From Saccostrea cucullata (taxonomy: Eukaryota), in contig NW_026930103.1 in assembly GCF_032062105.1 (NCBI RefSeq), positions 620,001-684,000 on the forward strand: a stretch of DNA of 64,000 nt, written 5' to 3'. Made by a program: the position numbers and the translations under genes. Shown piece after piece: positions 14,372-27,714 of this stretch. The number at the start of each line of letters is the position of its first letter. Positions within the stretch are counted from its first letter, which is position 1. The notes below the pieces were generated by a model that was not told the origin of the DNA, ran no database searches, and was given only the letters and a program-made list of their open reading frames with translations.

Positions 14372-14941
14372 TTTTTATGCGCCCGGATCAATAGATCCGG
14401 GACGTATATTGTTTTGTCCTGTCTGTCTGTCTGTTTGTCTGCAAACTTTAACCTTCGCTTTTGAACCATAAAAGAGAGAGACTTTAATTTGGTATGCACA
14501 CTCCACTAATAAAATTCTTTCAAATGACACCAAGGTCAATGACTTTGTGATTTTGACTGTGACCTATATGCTAAAAATAGTTTTTTTATGCAAACTTTAA
14601 CCTTCGCCGTAACTTTTGAACCCTGAAAGTCAGAGACTTCATAATTGGTATGCATACTCTACTAATCAAGCTCTTTCAAATGACACCAAGATCAATGACC
14701 TTTTGATCTTGACTGTGACCTATATGCTAAAAATACCTTTTTTGAACCTTCATCATAACTTCTGAACAATGAGAGATAGAGACTTCGTATTTGGTATGCA
14801 TACTCCACTAATCAAGTTCTTTCAAATGATTCCAAGGTCAATGACCTTGTGATCTTGACTGTGACCTATATGCTAAAAATAGCTTTTCTTCGAACTTTAT
14901 TGCCGCCGGGCGCATAGTGTTTCACAAACACATCTTGTTTT
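14372..14941 (-). mobile_element. Second HINE-like element, opposite orientation
   Basis: ttttatgcgcccggatc...gatccggg hairpin, (CTGT)n microsatellite, three internal repeats (caaatgacaccaaggtcaatgacc...gtgacctatatgctaaaaata), ends ccgggcgcatagtgtttcacaaacacatcttgttt. Confidence 0.7.
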
Positions 14942-17732
14942 CAAATGTTATCTAAATTAATAATTAGGGATTAAAGTTTTAAAATATATCAAATAAATAT
15001 GATTTTCCAAACAAACTGAAATAAAACTTCCAATCTAAGTACAGATATGAGCCAAAAATCCGTAGAACGTGTTTTTACTCACTTAGTAAACGGTCAAAAC
15101 TTTTTGTTTTTACATCATTTTGTATCTCTATATGAATTCTTTACCATAGGTGAAAATAAGAAAAATTTAAACATAGGGCGCATATTGAATAACTTAAATA
15201 TCCTGAAAATGTAAGAAAAATAAAGAAAATTCGGATTAGGCAAAATCCATTTTGTTAAACTATTTGTGTCAATTTGGTCATATCATCTTATAGATTCTAT
15301 ATAGTAATATCTTTTTATGCAAAAAGAAAAACATTTAATCTTTTGATATAGAAGACATTATCACATGATTGGGTGCAATCATTTTTATTCTTAATGTCCA
15401 GGGAAAAGGTAATGACCTTGACCTGACTTTGACTCTAACGTAAAACGGTCAAAACTAATCTCACTGATACCATCAATTAGTAATATTGTCTTCTTGATTC
15501 CGTGAAAATTTCATTAATTTTTGAATACAAGAAATACAGTTTTGTGTGAGAAGAATCATACCTTTAGCTTTTATGAAGCTCAAATCTCAAAATACACGAT
15601 TTCACTTTTACTGGAATCGATTTGTATGGGCGCATTTAAAGTACAACATCATTTAATACAAGAATTTGTTTGAGGAAACCATATTTCTGCTGAGCTTAAG
15701 ATGAATAATTTTTAAAACATTCCTCTAATGGTAGACCTTTTTTTTAAAAAAAAAAATGAGTTACCTTCCTCCAAATTAACAACTCCGTTTGATATATTTG
15801 AAATACCATACAAATCTTAAAGAAACTCTTGATAAAAAATGAAATCTAACCTTTAGGGAAAGTAGGTTCCGTTATTGGGCTCGATATAGTCTCTAAGGAA
15901 TGAAGCCGGATTTTCTGTTTTCGCATTAAATATTAAGATGGGCCATAAACTACTTTATTATCAAATTATTTCTTTCTTTTTCAGTGGGTGAAAAAGTTCT
16001 TACAGCCCCTCATCAGTCATCTTGGGGCGTACGTAAAAGAAAAGTTCTTAGGAAAACACACACAGGAAAACACACAAAGAATTGTATTTGGTTATTTTAT
16101 TGAAATCTGTCAAATTCATCAGTTATGATAAATTTGCTTTAATTGACAATAAAATATGATTAAAATGTATTATTATTATTTTACATTAAATTGTTTTAAG
16201 AAATTGTCATATATTAACAAGGGCAGAGACCCCTTGAATATAATTCGGTCTCCAGTAATCGTCATGTATCGATATTACAAAAAATATTTCTTATAAATAT
16301 GAAAGTAGAAACATGATGTTAATTATTTCTCATGAGTTGCCATGAATTGAAAACATAACTGTTTCAAATTATCCTCCAATATTGTCAGCATCATATTAAC
16401 TTAATATTAACAATGCAATGGCATTATGAGTTGCGTAGCTATGTCCTTAATACCCATATCATAATTTGATGAATCAAAACACTTTTTCAGGTATATCTGT
16501 TTATCTCGATTTGGTGGCAACAAGATTAAACTTCGATGATTAAAAAAAAATCAGTAACAAAAAGTAGATGGGATGCCAAATCACTTCGACAATGCCCATT
16601 AGTCGAAATACCAGTTTTCAAGATAATGAAGTTCAACTGTGTTCAAGTGTGTATTTTTAAAACTATTTTAAGTTATTCATTTTATTAGAAAAGCATGTTG
16701 AAAGACATTAAAAGATGTTACATAATAATTTTATCAATTGTTCGTACATACACATAAACAAACTTGATGGCATACAAAGATGTTTTGTTCATTTCTTCGT
16801 CTTTCTTTTCCCTCCGGCTATATATTTTAATGTATATATCATAATTAACACTTTACTTCTAAAACAAGCAACGTTAACCTTTCAACCTTTGCAACCTCGT
16901 AACATTCTAAAATCCATTTGGGGAATCCTAAATCATCTACATATAAATATTTGCACTGTCACATAGGCGTTCCAACTAATATTTTAGTCGCCTTCAACAT
17001 ATCTACATATTCCTATCATTTATTTTCTTCAGTTTCCTTATCCACTGTTATCAGGTCAAATTCATCATATCTAAAACTCAACATATGTTTTGGTTATTTC
17101 GACAAAAACAATTCACCTCAACAAACGGACTTATTTTATCGACACTCAACTCTTTATTGTTCATCATAGCAATGTATCTTCAAATAGGTCTATGTGTAGT
17201 TTTCGTCTAGCTATGCAGGAATACCATGTTTAAAAAAAATTATTTTAAAAAGTACTTTGTGAGCTTATGACTAATACCTTCTATTGCCTTTGCCTCATTT
17301 AACTCTGCCTTGTCATTATCCATATCTACATACATTACATGTCGACACGAATTAATGTTAAGTATTCAAATTCTTATCATAACTATCAATACTAATTTTG
17401 ACCAAAATCGATGTGCAGACATCAGTAGATGAAATATTTATCTCGAAAGGATCAAATATCCGCGAAAAGTCCAGAAAGAACCACTTATTCTTGATTTTGT
17501 GACCTAATAATAATTGAAATGTTTTTTTTCCAAATAACCTCTCCCTCCCAGAAAAAGACGACTTTCAAAGAAAATTAAAGAAACTTGACAAATTACTTTT
17601 TTCATTTGACCACGTTTTCAAAAACATATTCGCCTGATAACACTTACTGTCTTTCTAAGAACCAGACAACATGATAATATTTTACAGAACGACAAAAATC
17701 TGTTGTGATCATTGTGCTTTGGTTAAACAGGT

Positions 17733-20571
17733 CTACTCTCCAGAATGAACTGATATAAGTTCCGAGGTTTCTGAAGAAGAACTGATCAATCTCTCAGAGC
17801 GCTTTGTATTGTCATTAGATGATGAATGTCCAACTAAAAACGAAGGTAGGAGAGTATGAACTCCACCTGTCAGGTGATGCTTTTCCTTTTTCTTTCCTAC
17901 TTGGTAGGCTGCTACAAAAGTATTTAAAATAAAGAAGAATGGGGAAAACGTTAATGTGTGTAAAATATTATTAAGACTCGGATACCTGTTGTTTTCTATA
18001 ATACCTATTTGTGCATCTATATCACTTTCTGGAACCCCAGCACTTAATGCCAGTTCTCTCAAAGACTGTACACAGTCCTGGAATTAAAACGATATATAAT
18101 TAATTTAAGATTTGTAGATGTCATAGAATATAATTAAAGTACTAATTTTAAACACAGAATTAATTAAAATTCATATTTAAATGTTACACACACAACGGTA
18201 TTAAGTTTTATAATTTAATTATTAGTACATGTTCATCAGCTTACCTGCAGCGTTTCGATGTCAGTTTTACAGGTCTTTAATTCTTGTGTCACATTTTTCT
18301 TCTGTTTGTAAAGCAATTTCATTCTAAAATGGGCGTGGTCTGTCACAGCAACTATAAGACCTTAAAGAGATAAAAAAAAATTGTGTTTGATTTTCAAAAA
18401 TAAAAATATCTAATACTAAAGCAAAAGTATAAGGGCTAAAACGATTAAAATTACACAAAATATTAGAATGTATAGTATCTTTCATTGCCTGTGATTGAGA
18501 GTATTTCTTTTTATTACCTGTTTTTGCGACTTTATAAAAATCTATGTAAAAATGAATTAAAAAATCATATCCAATCACAAAACAAGAGAAATAGATATTT
18601 TCTTACTGTTTACAACTCGAATAATTCTCCATGGAACAAGAATAATCAAAATGACAAGAAATTTCTGGACTTTGAAAGAATGGACTCCTTTGATGAAAAC
18701 AAGATCCAGGATGAAGGAAAAGATTACTACGAAAGCATCAAACACCTAAATGAAAATGGTTAGAATTAATAAAAAATTCAATGCTTTAAATTCCAAAAAC
18801 AGATATGTAAGAGAAAGAACCGAGTATTCTCTCTCAGAATCAATATTTTGATACGTCTTTCAACCAATATCTTTATTGTCCTATTATATATTGGACAGAG
18901 AAAAGGTTAAACCCGAGAAAACGGTGACAGTTTTTTCATTTGTTGAAAAGGTTTATGAGTGGATTTGTTTCATTGGTAGCATTTTTTTTAAAGAGAGGAC
19001 AGTCCATGGAAACTTAATTTTAAAAAATAAGCAATAAATCCTTGGTGTTATATTGTGGACAGTACCAGTTATGAAAGAATTGTATCAAATTTGTAAACTT
19101 TCAGTTTTTTTAACTGATTTTAGAAAATGAAATAAAAAAAAAACCATACCTCTATCTTCTTCTCAAAGAATTCTCTTCCACTGCAGAGAAATTTAAAAAT
19201 GTTCTGAAACAGAAATTTTTGACATGGAATTTTTACATTGAATCGCAAAAGTGACTCAAGCACCTCTCTCCTATTTTAAAGGGTAAAAAGTAAAAATTGC
19301 TTTAGTTCTGGGATTCCAAATCATGGATTAAAACAATCAAAAGCTTACCTCAATAACCAGTATGGCAAGAATAGATAAGCTGAAGTAATGGAACAAATGG
19401 GCTAGCTTAACCTCTAGTGCGTATTGCAAAATGACACTATTTTCAAGTCCTATTAATGGTATAGTATCATTTGGCGAAGATAATTCATTTACAACACTTC
19501 GTTTGACAACACCATGATTTGAAGTTGGAAAAACATCACTGTTATTGGACGTTGGTAAAAATTCACTGTATACTGTATCCGAAGAATGGAGAGCTGAAAT
19601 CACATGTTGATTGTCGGTCGTCGAAGTGAAGTCAACATTGCCTGATAAAATTCGATTATATAACCCATCGATATCAGAGACTGCGATATTCATTAATTGC
19701 TGAGGGTATAAATGCTTCATTCCACCCATAAACAAACTGGCGCTTAGCTCTTCCTTATCCATGACTCCTGAAAAAGTATTCATTCAAAATATACTAGTAT
19801 GTAACTGTATCGTTATCTCCATTTATTTCAGCTCAAACCTTTAACATCACATACACATTTTTTTCAACAATTTCTCAGGTTTGTCTAAATGAGGCTTCAT
19901 AAAAATTGTTCATTTTTTTCATAGATTTTGGTCAAGAATCTATAAAGACAGGAATATATCAAAATGTTATAGAGGGTTGAAAAAGGCATTCAACTTCACA
20001 AAATAATTTTGCAAGTGACATCTGAATGAAAAAGTCTTCAAATAATAGGAATGCAAGCAATTCAAGTAATTTACCTTTAAGGTAATATATGTCCAGAAAA
20101 AGCTCTGCTAGAACCAGAATGCAATCTAACACATTCAGTACGACAATAAACAGTAAAATGTTTTTGGAGTGCATCAAGTGATGGCCATTGAACCTCAAAC
20201 TGTAAAAATATAGTTATTAGAATTCTATGTGTCATTTATATGTTAAATAAAATTCTTGTATGGAAGACGTTTATACTTTCAGCATACAACCTTGAACCAA
20301 AACAAAAATGTTCATTCAATTTTCTTGACACTGCTTTAAGGAAATTTTTAAAATAGTTTCTGAAAACTCAGAATAAAAACAGGTTATATACAAACCGTCC
20401 TATTTTGGAGTCTGGAGGTTTTCTGTTTTCCTTTTCTATCTCATTCTCAAGGAATTTTTCTGTCTTCAGAAGTTCAACGTGGGCCCGGGCAAAGGACAAG
20501 GATCCTGCTGCCAGAGCCCGCAGACCCTGACCATTTCCTTTTCTTACAGAATTCCTTGATGGTAAAACCAT
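17733..20571 (-). CDS. Voltage-gated proton channel, Hv3-like, paralogue B; 8 coding exons
   Basis: Exons 20571-20396, 20199-20075, 19767-19349, 19203-19150, 18745-18607, 18360-18245, 18077-18005, 17911-17733. S1 'LNVLDCILVLAELFLD', S2 'HYFSLSILAILVIENIFK', S3 'VFDAFVVIFSFILDLVF', S4 'ILVPWRIIRVVNS'. Same intron positions and phases as A and C except the first intron is absent. Confidence 0.9.
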
Positions 20572-22557
20572 GTTTCTACTATTTCTCCAACATCTAAAAG
20601 CGAGGATAAAATGGGTTGAATTCTGAATCCCTTTTGTTGCAGAGAATCTGGAATGTTGATTACGGCTACACTTGCATAGCTTTAGTTAAAAAAAAAACAT
20701 CAGTAATAGCGAGTATGGGTATCAAAATGTTTGAGAAATGGAATCCTAAAGTTTCCTACTTGTGTTTTAGAGTTGTTTGTTTTCTCGGTTTTAATTGTCT
20801 CCTAAATCAGTTTTGTTTTATTTATGAACTCTGGGATATCTTAATGGGCTTTCGCTCAAAGGAAAATCCCTTATGAAAATTCTCTTCACTGCATAATTAT
20901 GCATATATTTAATGCTATGAAATCAAGGTGTCATAAAGTTTCCTGACCTTTTCAAAGTTCATGAACTTTTTGTTCGTTACTTTAACAAGAACTCTTTTAA
21001 ATTCAATGAAACTTTGCAAATTTTATTCCAAACACCTTACATCTTTTCGATCATGTTGGGATTTATATGGTGGCGCAATGCTATTCCAACATGAACCGAT
21101 TCCTATTTGCATTACTTTCCAAGGAAGTTCGGATTCTGCAGCTAGATACACGTTTGCAATACAGCATTTACAAAGATGCTTTATCAGGTTGGTAGTAGAG
21201 TGTTTCCCTAGCATTGAATAGCTGTTAGTTTGAATGTTTTGAGTGATAACATTGGGATAATGTTGGCCAAGTTATTTTACTGTGAAGTAAATGATGGTGT
21301 TCTTGTAAGCTGCTGACTTTTACATTGGGCAAACGCTGATTCCATGTTTGTAAAGCCTTCAAACTTGATGGAGTTCCTGTAAGTTGGGTTCCCAGTGTTG
21401 GTTCAATAATAGTATTTAAAGTTGTTTTTTATTGAAGAGACAACACTTGATAAGAGACAAGATAATAAAGTCGACATTTTCTGTACATGTTTCTTATTCA
21501 TAGACCAATACAAATTGTAAATATCCAACCAACCGTTTAACTACATGTATATCAATAAACGATCAATCTTAATAACTGACTGCAATCTTGTCTCCTTCTT
21601 GGTTGATGGATATTTATGATATCTACACTGGCTTAACAATATCCTATCAACTGAGAGCCATCTTTGAGCCAACCTAACCAACAAGTTTGCCAGTAATGGT
21701 TTTTTAGTTGGCTAAAAATCATTCCTACAATGACTCAGTAATAATCATCATTTTGACCAACTTTGGCGATGAGCAAAATGATTGTTGGACAAGGTAGGAT
21801 TACAATACCCGGTAATACAAACAGTGAAATAAAATTCGACAACCGTAGGGCAAACGTAATTTTTCTATTTAGAACCAAAAACAATTTTATTGTCATTATA
21901 AAGAAATAAACTACAACTCGCAAAAGTCCCATTTATCTTCAGTTTTGGTTTTAAATATTTTCAATTACATAATACATGTATACTGTTTTGTATCGGTGCA
22001 GATAATTTAAATATTTAAGTCCTAATAAATTTCCACAAATGTGCACTTTGATAAAAATTCATATTTACTTGATATCTCCGTTATAAATCATAATGTCCAT
22101 CTAAAATGAACCTCTAATGAGCAACACGGCAGTTAGCAATCTCTGAAATGTCTATTCTCTGCTTTCTATACTAAGTAGATATGATACAATGTAATAATGC
22201 ATTTGCAACTTTTATTAGGAGACCCAAGAGTGTAATTGTTTTCAACACCAGGTAAACAACTATCAATACATGTTGCAGAGATCTATAAAAAAGAGTTATA
22301 ATGAGAGAGGTATAAAAAAAAAAACCTTACCGTTTGTGTGTGTTTGTCACAGAATGTTTAATGACTAATTTGTTTCACACAAAAATTATGCATACCATGT
22401 GGGTTCATGAACAATAGTTAAATAGTTAAAATAAGTAAGACTTGTTTCTTTTTAGATGATTGAACATATGTTGTAAATAAAGAATATCAGAAGATTTGGA
22501 CAATGTTATGAAATTTGCAATCGGTCATAGTAAATTATACGCTTTAAAATTTTATTT

Positions 22558-22848
22558 TATGTAGGTTGTTGCATTACTAATTCCCCTATAAACAATTAAT
22601 GCAATGTAAGCGTTATGTATAGGTTGTTGGATTACTAATTCTCCTATAAACAATTTGGTATCAATGTAAGCGTCATGTAGATTGTCGCATTGCTAATTCC
22701 CCTACAAACAATTTACTGCAATGTAAGCGTTATGTAAGTTCTTGCATTACTAATTCTCCTATAAACAATTTAGTGCCAATGTAAGCGTTATGTAGATTGT
22801 TGCATTACTAATTCTCTGATAAACAATTTAGTGCCAGTGCAAGCGTTA
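22558..22848. repeat. About 59-60-bp minisatellite, 5 copies
   Basis: Unit tatgtaggttgttgcattactaattctcctataaacaatttagtgcaatgtaagcgt. Confidence 0.85.
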
Positions 22849-22921
22849 ACATATGTAAAGATCACTGAAGACCATAAAGGGACCTTTATAATTGCCTCAG
22901 CGATAAAAAATAAATATCTCC

Positions 22922-24781
22922 TATGGAACGCCATCACTGCCTTATAGCATACAACTATGCATTTATTATGTCAATTTATCATTGCGTGATGTGAACATAT
23001 CTTTACGTTATGTCCATTTTTTTAAATATATATTAACATCATGTCAATGCTGCATAACATGAAGTAAATACATCCTTTCATTATGTCAGCACTTCATAAC
23101 TTGAAGTAAAAAATTCATTATGTGAAGTGATAATGTGTTTACATTGTGTTAAAACTTTATCATGTGAAATGAATGTTTCTTTACATCATTTCATTTCTTT
23201 AATATGTGAGGTTAAAATTGCATTACGTGAAGTAAATTGTGTTTTATAATTAAACTTATTATCACATGAAGTCAAAAGCCCATTCCTTTTTGAGAGTGTA
23301 TATTTCTATTATATCAAAGCATTACAACATGATATGGATTCATCTTTATTTTACGGCGAGGGCATCATGATGTGAGATGAACACATTTTACCTTTATGTC
23401 AGTGCTTGATTACGTGGTGTAAAAAGTGTATAACATAATGTGAACATATCTTTATATTATATCAACACTTTATTACATTATGTCAAAACTCCATTCCGTG
23501 ATGTGGATATATAATTACGTTATGTCAACTCTTTCTTGTGTGATTTAAAAATGTCTTTATATTGTGTTAACTCTTTATCATGTTTTGTTTTGAACATATT
23601 TTATTGACAATATGTCAAAGGGATTGGACACAAGTTCCAAAAACTTAGATATTCCTCTCCCATATCATGTTGATTCCCAAAGTTCATTGCCTGATGTTAA
23701 AATACATTTACATTATCTCAAAGCTGTATATATCTAGTATTTATTACACACTTAGTAATAAATACAGGTTTTTTGCATATGCGATATGGCTGACGTCACA
23801 ATAGCCGTATCAGCCCTGCAGGGCTGATATCCGTATCAGCCCTGCAAATCCATATCAGCCCTGCAGGGCTGATACGGCTATTGTGACGTCAATATCACAC
23901 TCTTAGTAAATTAAACCACAATAACAGTACTTGTGATCATACACAATTTTTGGTGGGTTCATATTCTCTTAATTTTAACTTTTTGAAAATAAGGTTAATC
24001 ATAATTTACAAATACGTGTAATACTATAGAATATTTTCAAATTACGGATCAAGTGCGTTGAAACAGAAGTAGAAACAAACCCAAATCGTATGAGACATAA
24101 GACTATGTACATGTATGTAAGAAGTCCATGCATGATTATATACTTATTTTCTTCTCAACTGAATGTGTTCTGTATTTTATTACTAAGTATGTAATAAATA
24201 TAATAAAACATACCCTTTTCCACATCACATCCTGTATCAGCCCTCGACCAATATCAGCCCTCGGGCCTTCGGCCCTCTGGCTGATATTGGTGTCTCGGGC
24301 TGATACAGGATGTGATATGGAAAAGGGTATGTATTATTCTCTATATAATGAATGTTGACGACCGTGTTTTAATGACTGGTAAGAAGGGGGGGGGGGGTCC
24401 TGATTGATTAGGACGAATTACAGGCACATAATATCAACCCCCCCTCTTTTCCCAGACATAACTTTACTATAGAAAATGTAATGTACGTTGAAACTGTACA
24501 GCCCCCACCCCCACGTTTTGCTGAAGTATAGTCCACTAAGGGTACTGTAGTATATCTGAAATAGGAAATGTCATTAAGAGTTTGACATAATGTAAAGGAA
24601 AGTTAACACAATGCAATAGTAGTGTGGGTTAATGTCATAAAGAGTTGAAATAATGTAATGGAAGGTTGACACAATGCAATAGTAGTGTAGGTTGATGTCA
24701 TAAAGAGTTGACATAATGTAATGGAAGGTTGACACAATGCAATAGTAGTGTTCTGCTATAAGGCAGTGACAGCGTTCCATA
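22922..24781. mobile_element. Foldback-like TIR element with inverted subterminal repeat arrays and 5-bp TSD
   Basis: TIR tatggaacgccatcactgccttatagcatac / gttctgctataaggcagtgacagcgttccata; flanking direct repeat TCTCC at 22917-22921 and 24782-24786; cattatgtcaa-type repeats on the left and their complement ttgacataatg on the right. Confidence 0.7.
23730..24345. mobile_element. Hairpin-rich non-autonomous element nested in the foldback element
   Basis: About 100-bp palindrome 23791-23891 and about 125-bp stem-loop 24209-24333 centred on ggccttcggcc, both built from tatcagccc units; boundaries approximate. Confidence 0.55.
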
Positions 24782-26189
24782 TCTCCGTTTAAGTGATATA
24801 TTACAAGTACAAGCACCTTCCTTCTAAATACGATATATAGATAGTTGTTTTGAACAGTTCGAACTAAAGCCAGATATCTGGTACAAAGTAAAATACTTTA
24901 AACTTTCTATTAATATTCGCGAATTTTTTATTTGCAATCATTCAGTTTGAACCATCAGCGACTAGGAAACTAGAAACCTTTCTGAATTTTGATTAAATTG
25001 AAATGTTTCTTAAGACATGTTTCATAAGTTTAAATATCATACTTAAGTCTGTATACAACTGAGTATATAATATTGAATTTGGGATTATTTCTGATTTTTC
25101 TCTGAGTGAAAATTGACTTAACTTGAATTGATAAATTAAAATGTTTCAGAATCATTTAGCCTAGCAGGAACAGCTATCTATTATACTGTTGAAAAAAATG
25201 ATACGTAGAGGTTGTAACAGTATCAACATTGTAGATCATTGTTAAAAAGATTTTTAGTCATTTTGGCCTTTTGTGGAAGTGTCTAAGAATATGCAATTTT
25301 AATCTGCGTGTGTTCCCTGTCACCTTGATCATAAAGACTTTTCCAGTATAATAACAAAGTAATTTATGCACATATGATATTTTTAACTGGTTTAAATAAA
25401 CCAGTACAAGTGTACTTGTAAAATGATATTGCTTATGCAATTTCATAAAACAGCCTGTCAGTGAGTCGCTTCGTACATTTTGGGTCGATACAATAAACTT
25501 GTCAGCAAATACAATTTATCATCAAGTCAAATGCACATGCTGACGGACGTTTTTTCATACTAATTGTTGGGCCATTTTTACTCCCTGCATTGTCGACGGA
25601 TTTTCTCACTATTTCCTTTTCAATACAAGGAGCAAACAGCGGGTGTAATCGGTTGGCAGGAGAATAATCAATCCTCCATGGCACCTGATCCCACCTCTGA
25701 TGTTTTAGAGGTCCGTGTTTGCTCTGCTTCTATCTTGTATTGTTTAATGGACTTTTCAGCTTGAATACTGTTCGTTATCTCCATATATAACACAGTAGTG
25801 AAGAAGAATCTTCATGAGTACTGTGTACTGTACAATAGCGTATTCAAGAAGTAGTGTAAATCAGATGTGAATATTTATTTCCAGTAATTTTATTTTGGAA
25901 AATATGAAATCACAAAATTCTTACCAAGATTAATAGCATCAAAACTTACGGATTTCTAACACTTTATACGACTATTGCCTTCAATAAATGAAAGATGCCT
26001 ACAGTTTTCTCTAATTTAAGAAATGTATAGACGGCTGCTTTTTCAATAAAAATGAAACTCGTACACACATTTACTTTTTTCTTGTTCATTTTCAAATTTA
26101 TTTTGTTAAAACACTCTGGGTACCAATGGGTGTAAATTACATCCCGTTGTTAGCAATTTTTATATTAACATAAAGCAGCATTTATTCAA

Positions 26190-27155
26190 AAACCTTTGCG
26201 CGAGAAGAAGATCACACTTGCTGAGGAGTTCAACTGGACTTTTAATATATACAAGTATCTAGGACATATTACCAATTAACACTAGATACTACCACCCATC
26301 TCTCCATATATCCCAGAGAGCTTGAAATAATAGATACTACAGCTTCTGACAAATAAATTACAAATTTGGATATTTTGCCAGAGAAAAACGTTTAAAATAA
26401 CCTAACAACTTAGCTTTATGATAAACGTGATGACTTCAACTTTTGACACGTCAATTTTAATTAATTATGTAACAATATAGCCTTATCAAATGCATGTGGA
26501 GATTATGTTTCCGCATTGTACTAACAATATATAAACGCGGCCAGTTATTGATAAACAAGTTGATGAAACAAGAATATCAACGGTTTTGATTGAAGTCATC
26601 CTTGCGGAAAGTTTTTTGATCTATACAAAGGCCTTGTCAGCAAATACAACGGTAACCTATCTTTGAGTAAAATGCTGCAAAACTTTTCATTTTTTTTAAT
26701 TTTTAGTCTCATTAAAATATTCACACAAGGAATGGTCTTCGATTTTATCATTTTTCCTTTTGGTTCTTGGTAGTGGCCTTTTCCAGATCATGAATTTGTC
26801 CAAAACAAAGAACATGTTGCGGGTGTGAATTTAACAACGATAATTTCCATCTTTAGCAAGCTTTAGGAGAAACTAACTCCTCATCATGCAACGATATTTT
26901 TTTGTTTATTCAATACCAATTTTGATGAACAATTTTTAGAACAAGGTAAATTAAATTGACAAACAAGTTGCTGAAGCAAGAATAAAAGCTGTCTCGTTTT
27001 AAGCCATCATTTCGTAAGTTTTGCCCCATGACAAAGAACATTGTGTTGCAGGAGAAACTAACTCCTCCATGGAACGTGATCCCAATTTTGATGTTTTAGA
27101 GGGTCATCTTTGTTCTGCCCCTGAATTGAGTTTGAATACTGTTTGTTATCTTCAA
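26190..27155 (+). mobile_element. Degraded Penelope-like retroelement fragment
   Basis: Residual reading LYDKRDDFNF near 26415-26444; associated 3'-end repeat (ctcctccatggcacctgatcccacctctg...ggtccgtgtttgc) also seen at about 10265-10412 and 25640-25785. Confidence 0.5.
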
Positions 27156-27714
27156 ATATTTCACTAATTCATAAAATCGCGGTAATTTGTTAGTACACAG
27201 TTCTTTCAGTAATGTTTTAACATTTGATGAAAATTCAAGATATCTGTGATGTTTTTATGCCTACTGATTGAACAGATCTTATGATTCTGCAAAATTATGA
27301 TTCCCGTGAAAAAAGGTACTTACTTTATAATATCCATACAAAGTAGCAATTTAAATCAACCAAGAATGTTTTTGTTTTTAATACATGAAAAAATCCAATT
27401 TCCGATTTTCAAACTTCAAGTCACGTTAAAGAAACTTGTAAAGAAATTAATAAAGTCGGAAAATCAGGAGAAAACTAATGTAGTTTTAATATCAACATGC
27501 TCTAAAATATGAATAAATGGCATCAAATAAAACTAAAAATATACTTGCAGGTACATGTAATTAGTTCTAATAACACAACAAAATGCTTTTATTTGCAGAT
27601 AAAGAAGTGAGCTTTCGAGTATACACGTAAGTTTTTTTTTTCCATATTCGTTTTAAGTATCAAGTTTTATGCAAATCAAACAATCAAGAAACATTTTCTT
27701 TTTCATTCGACTTC

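Noticed and set aside
16715-17330. Possible decayed coding sequence on the minus strand
   Set aside because: Multiple stops and no recognisable motif.
20961-21410. Overlapping short ORFs upstream of Hv-B
   Set aside because: No motif or splice support; possibly old TE debris.
22558-22848. Regularly spaced repeats resembling a CRISPR array
   Set aside because: Whole units repeat with no unique spacers, no cas genes, eukaryotic context: minisatellite.
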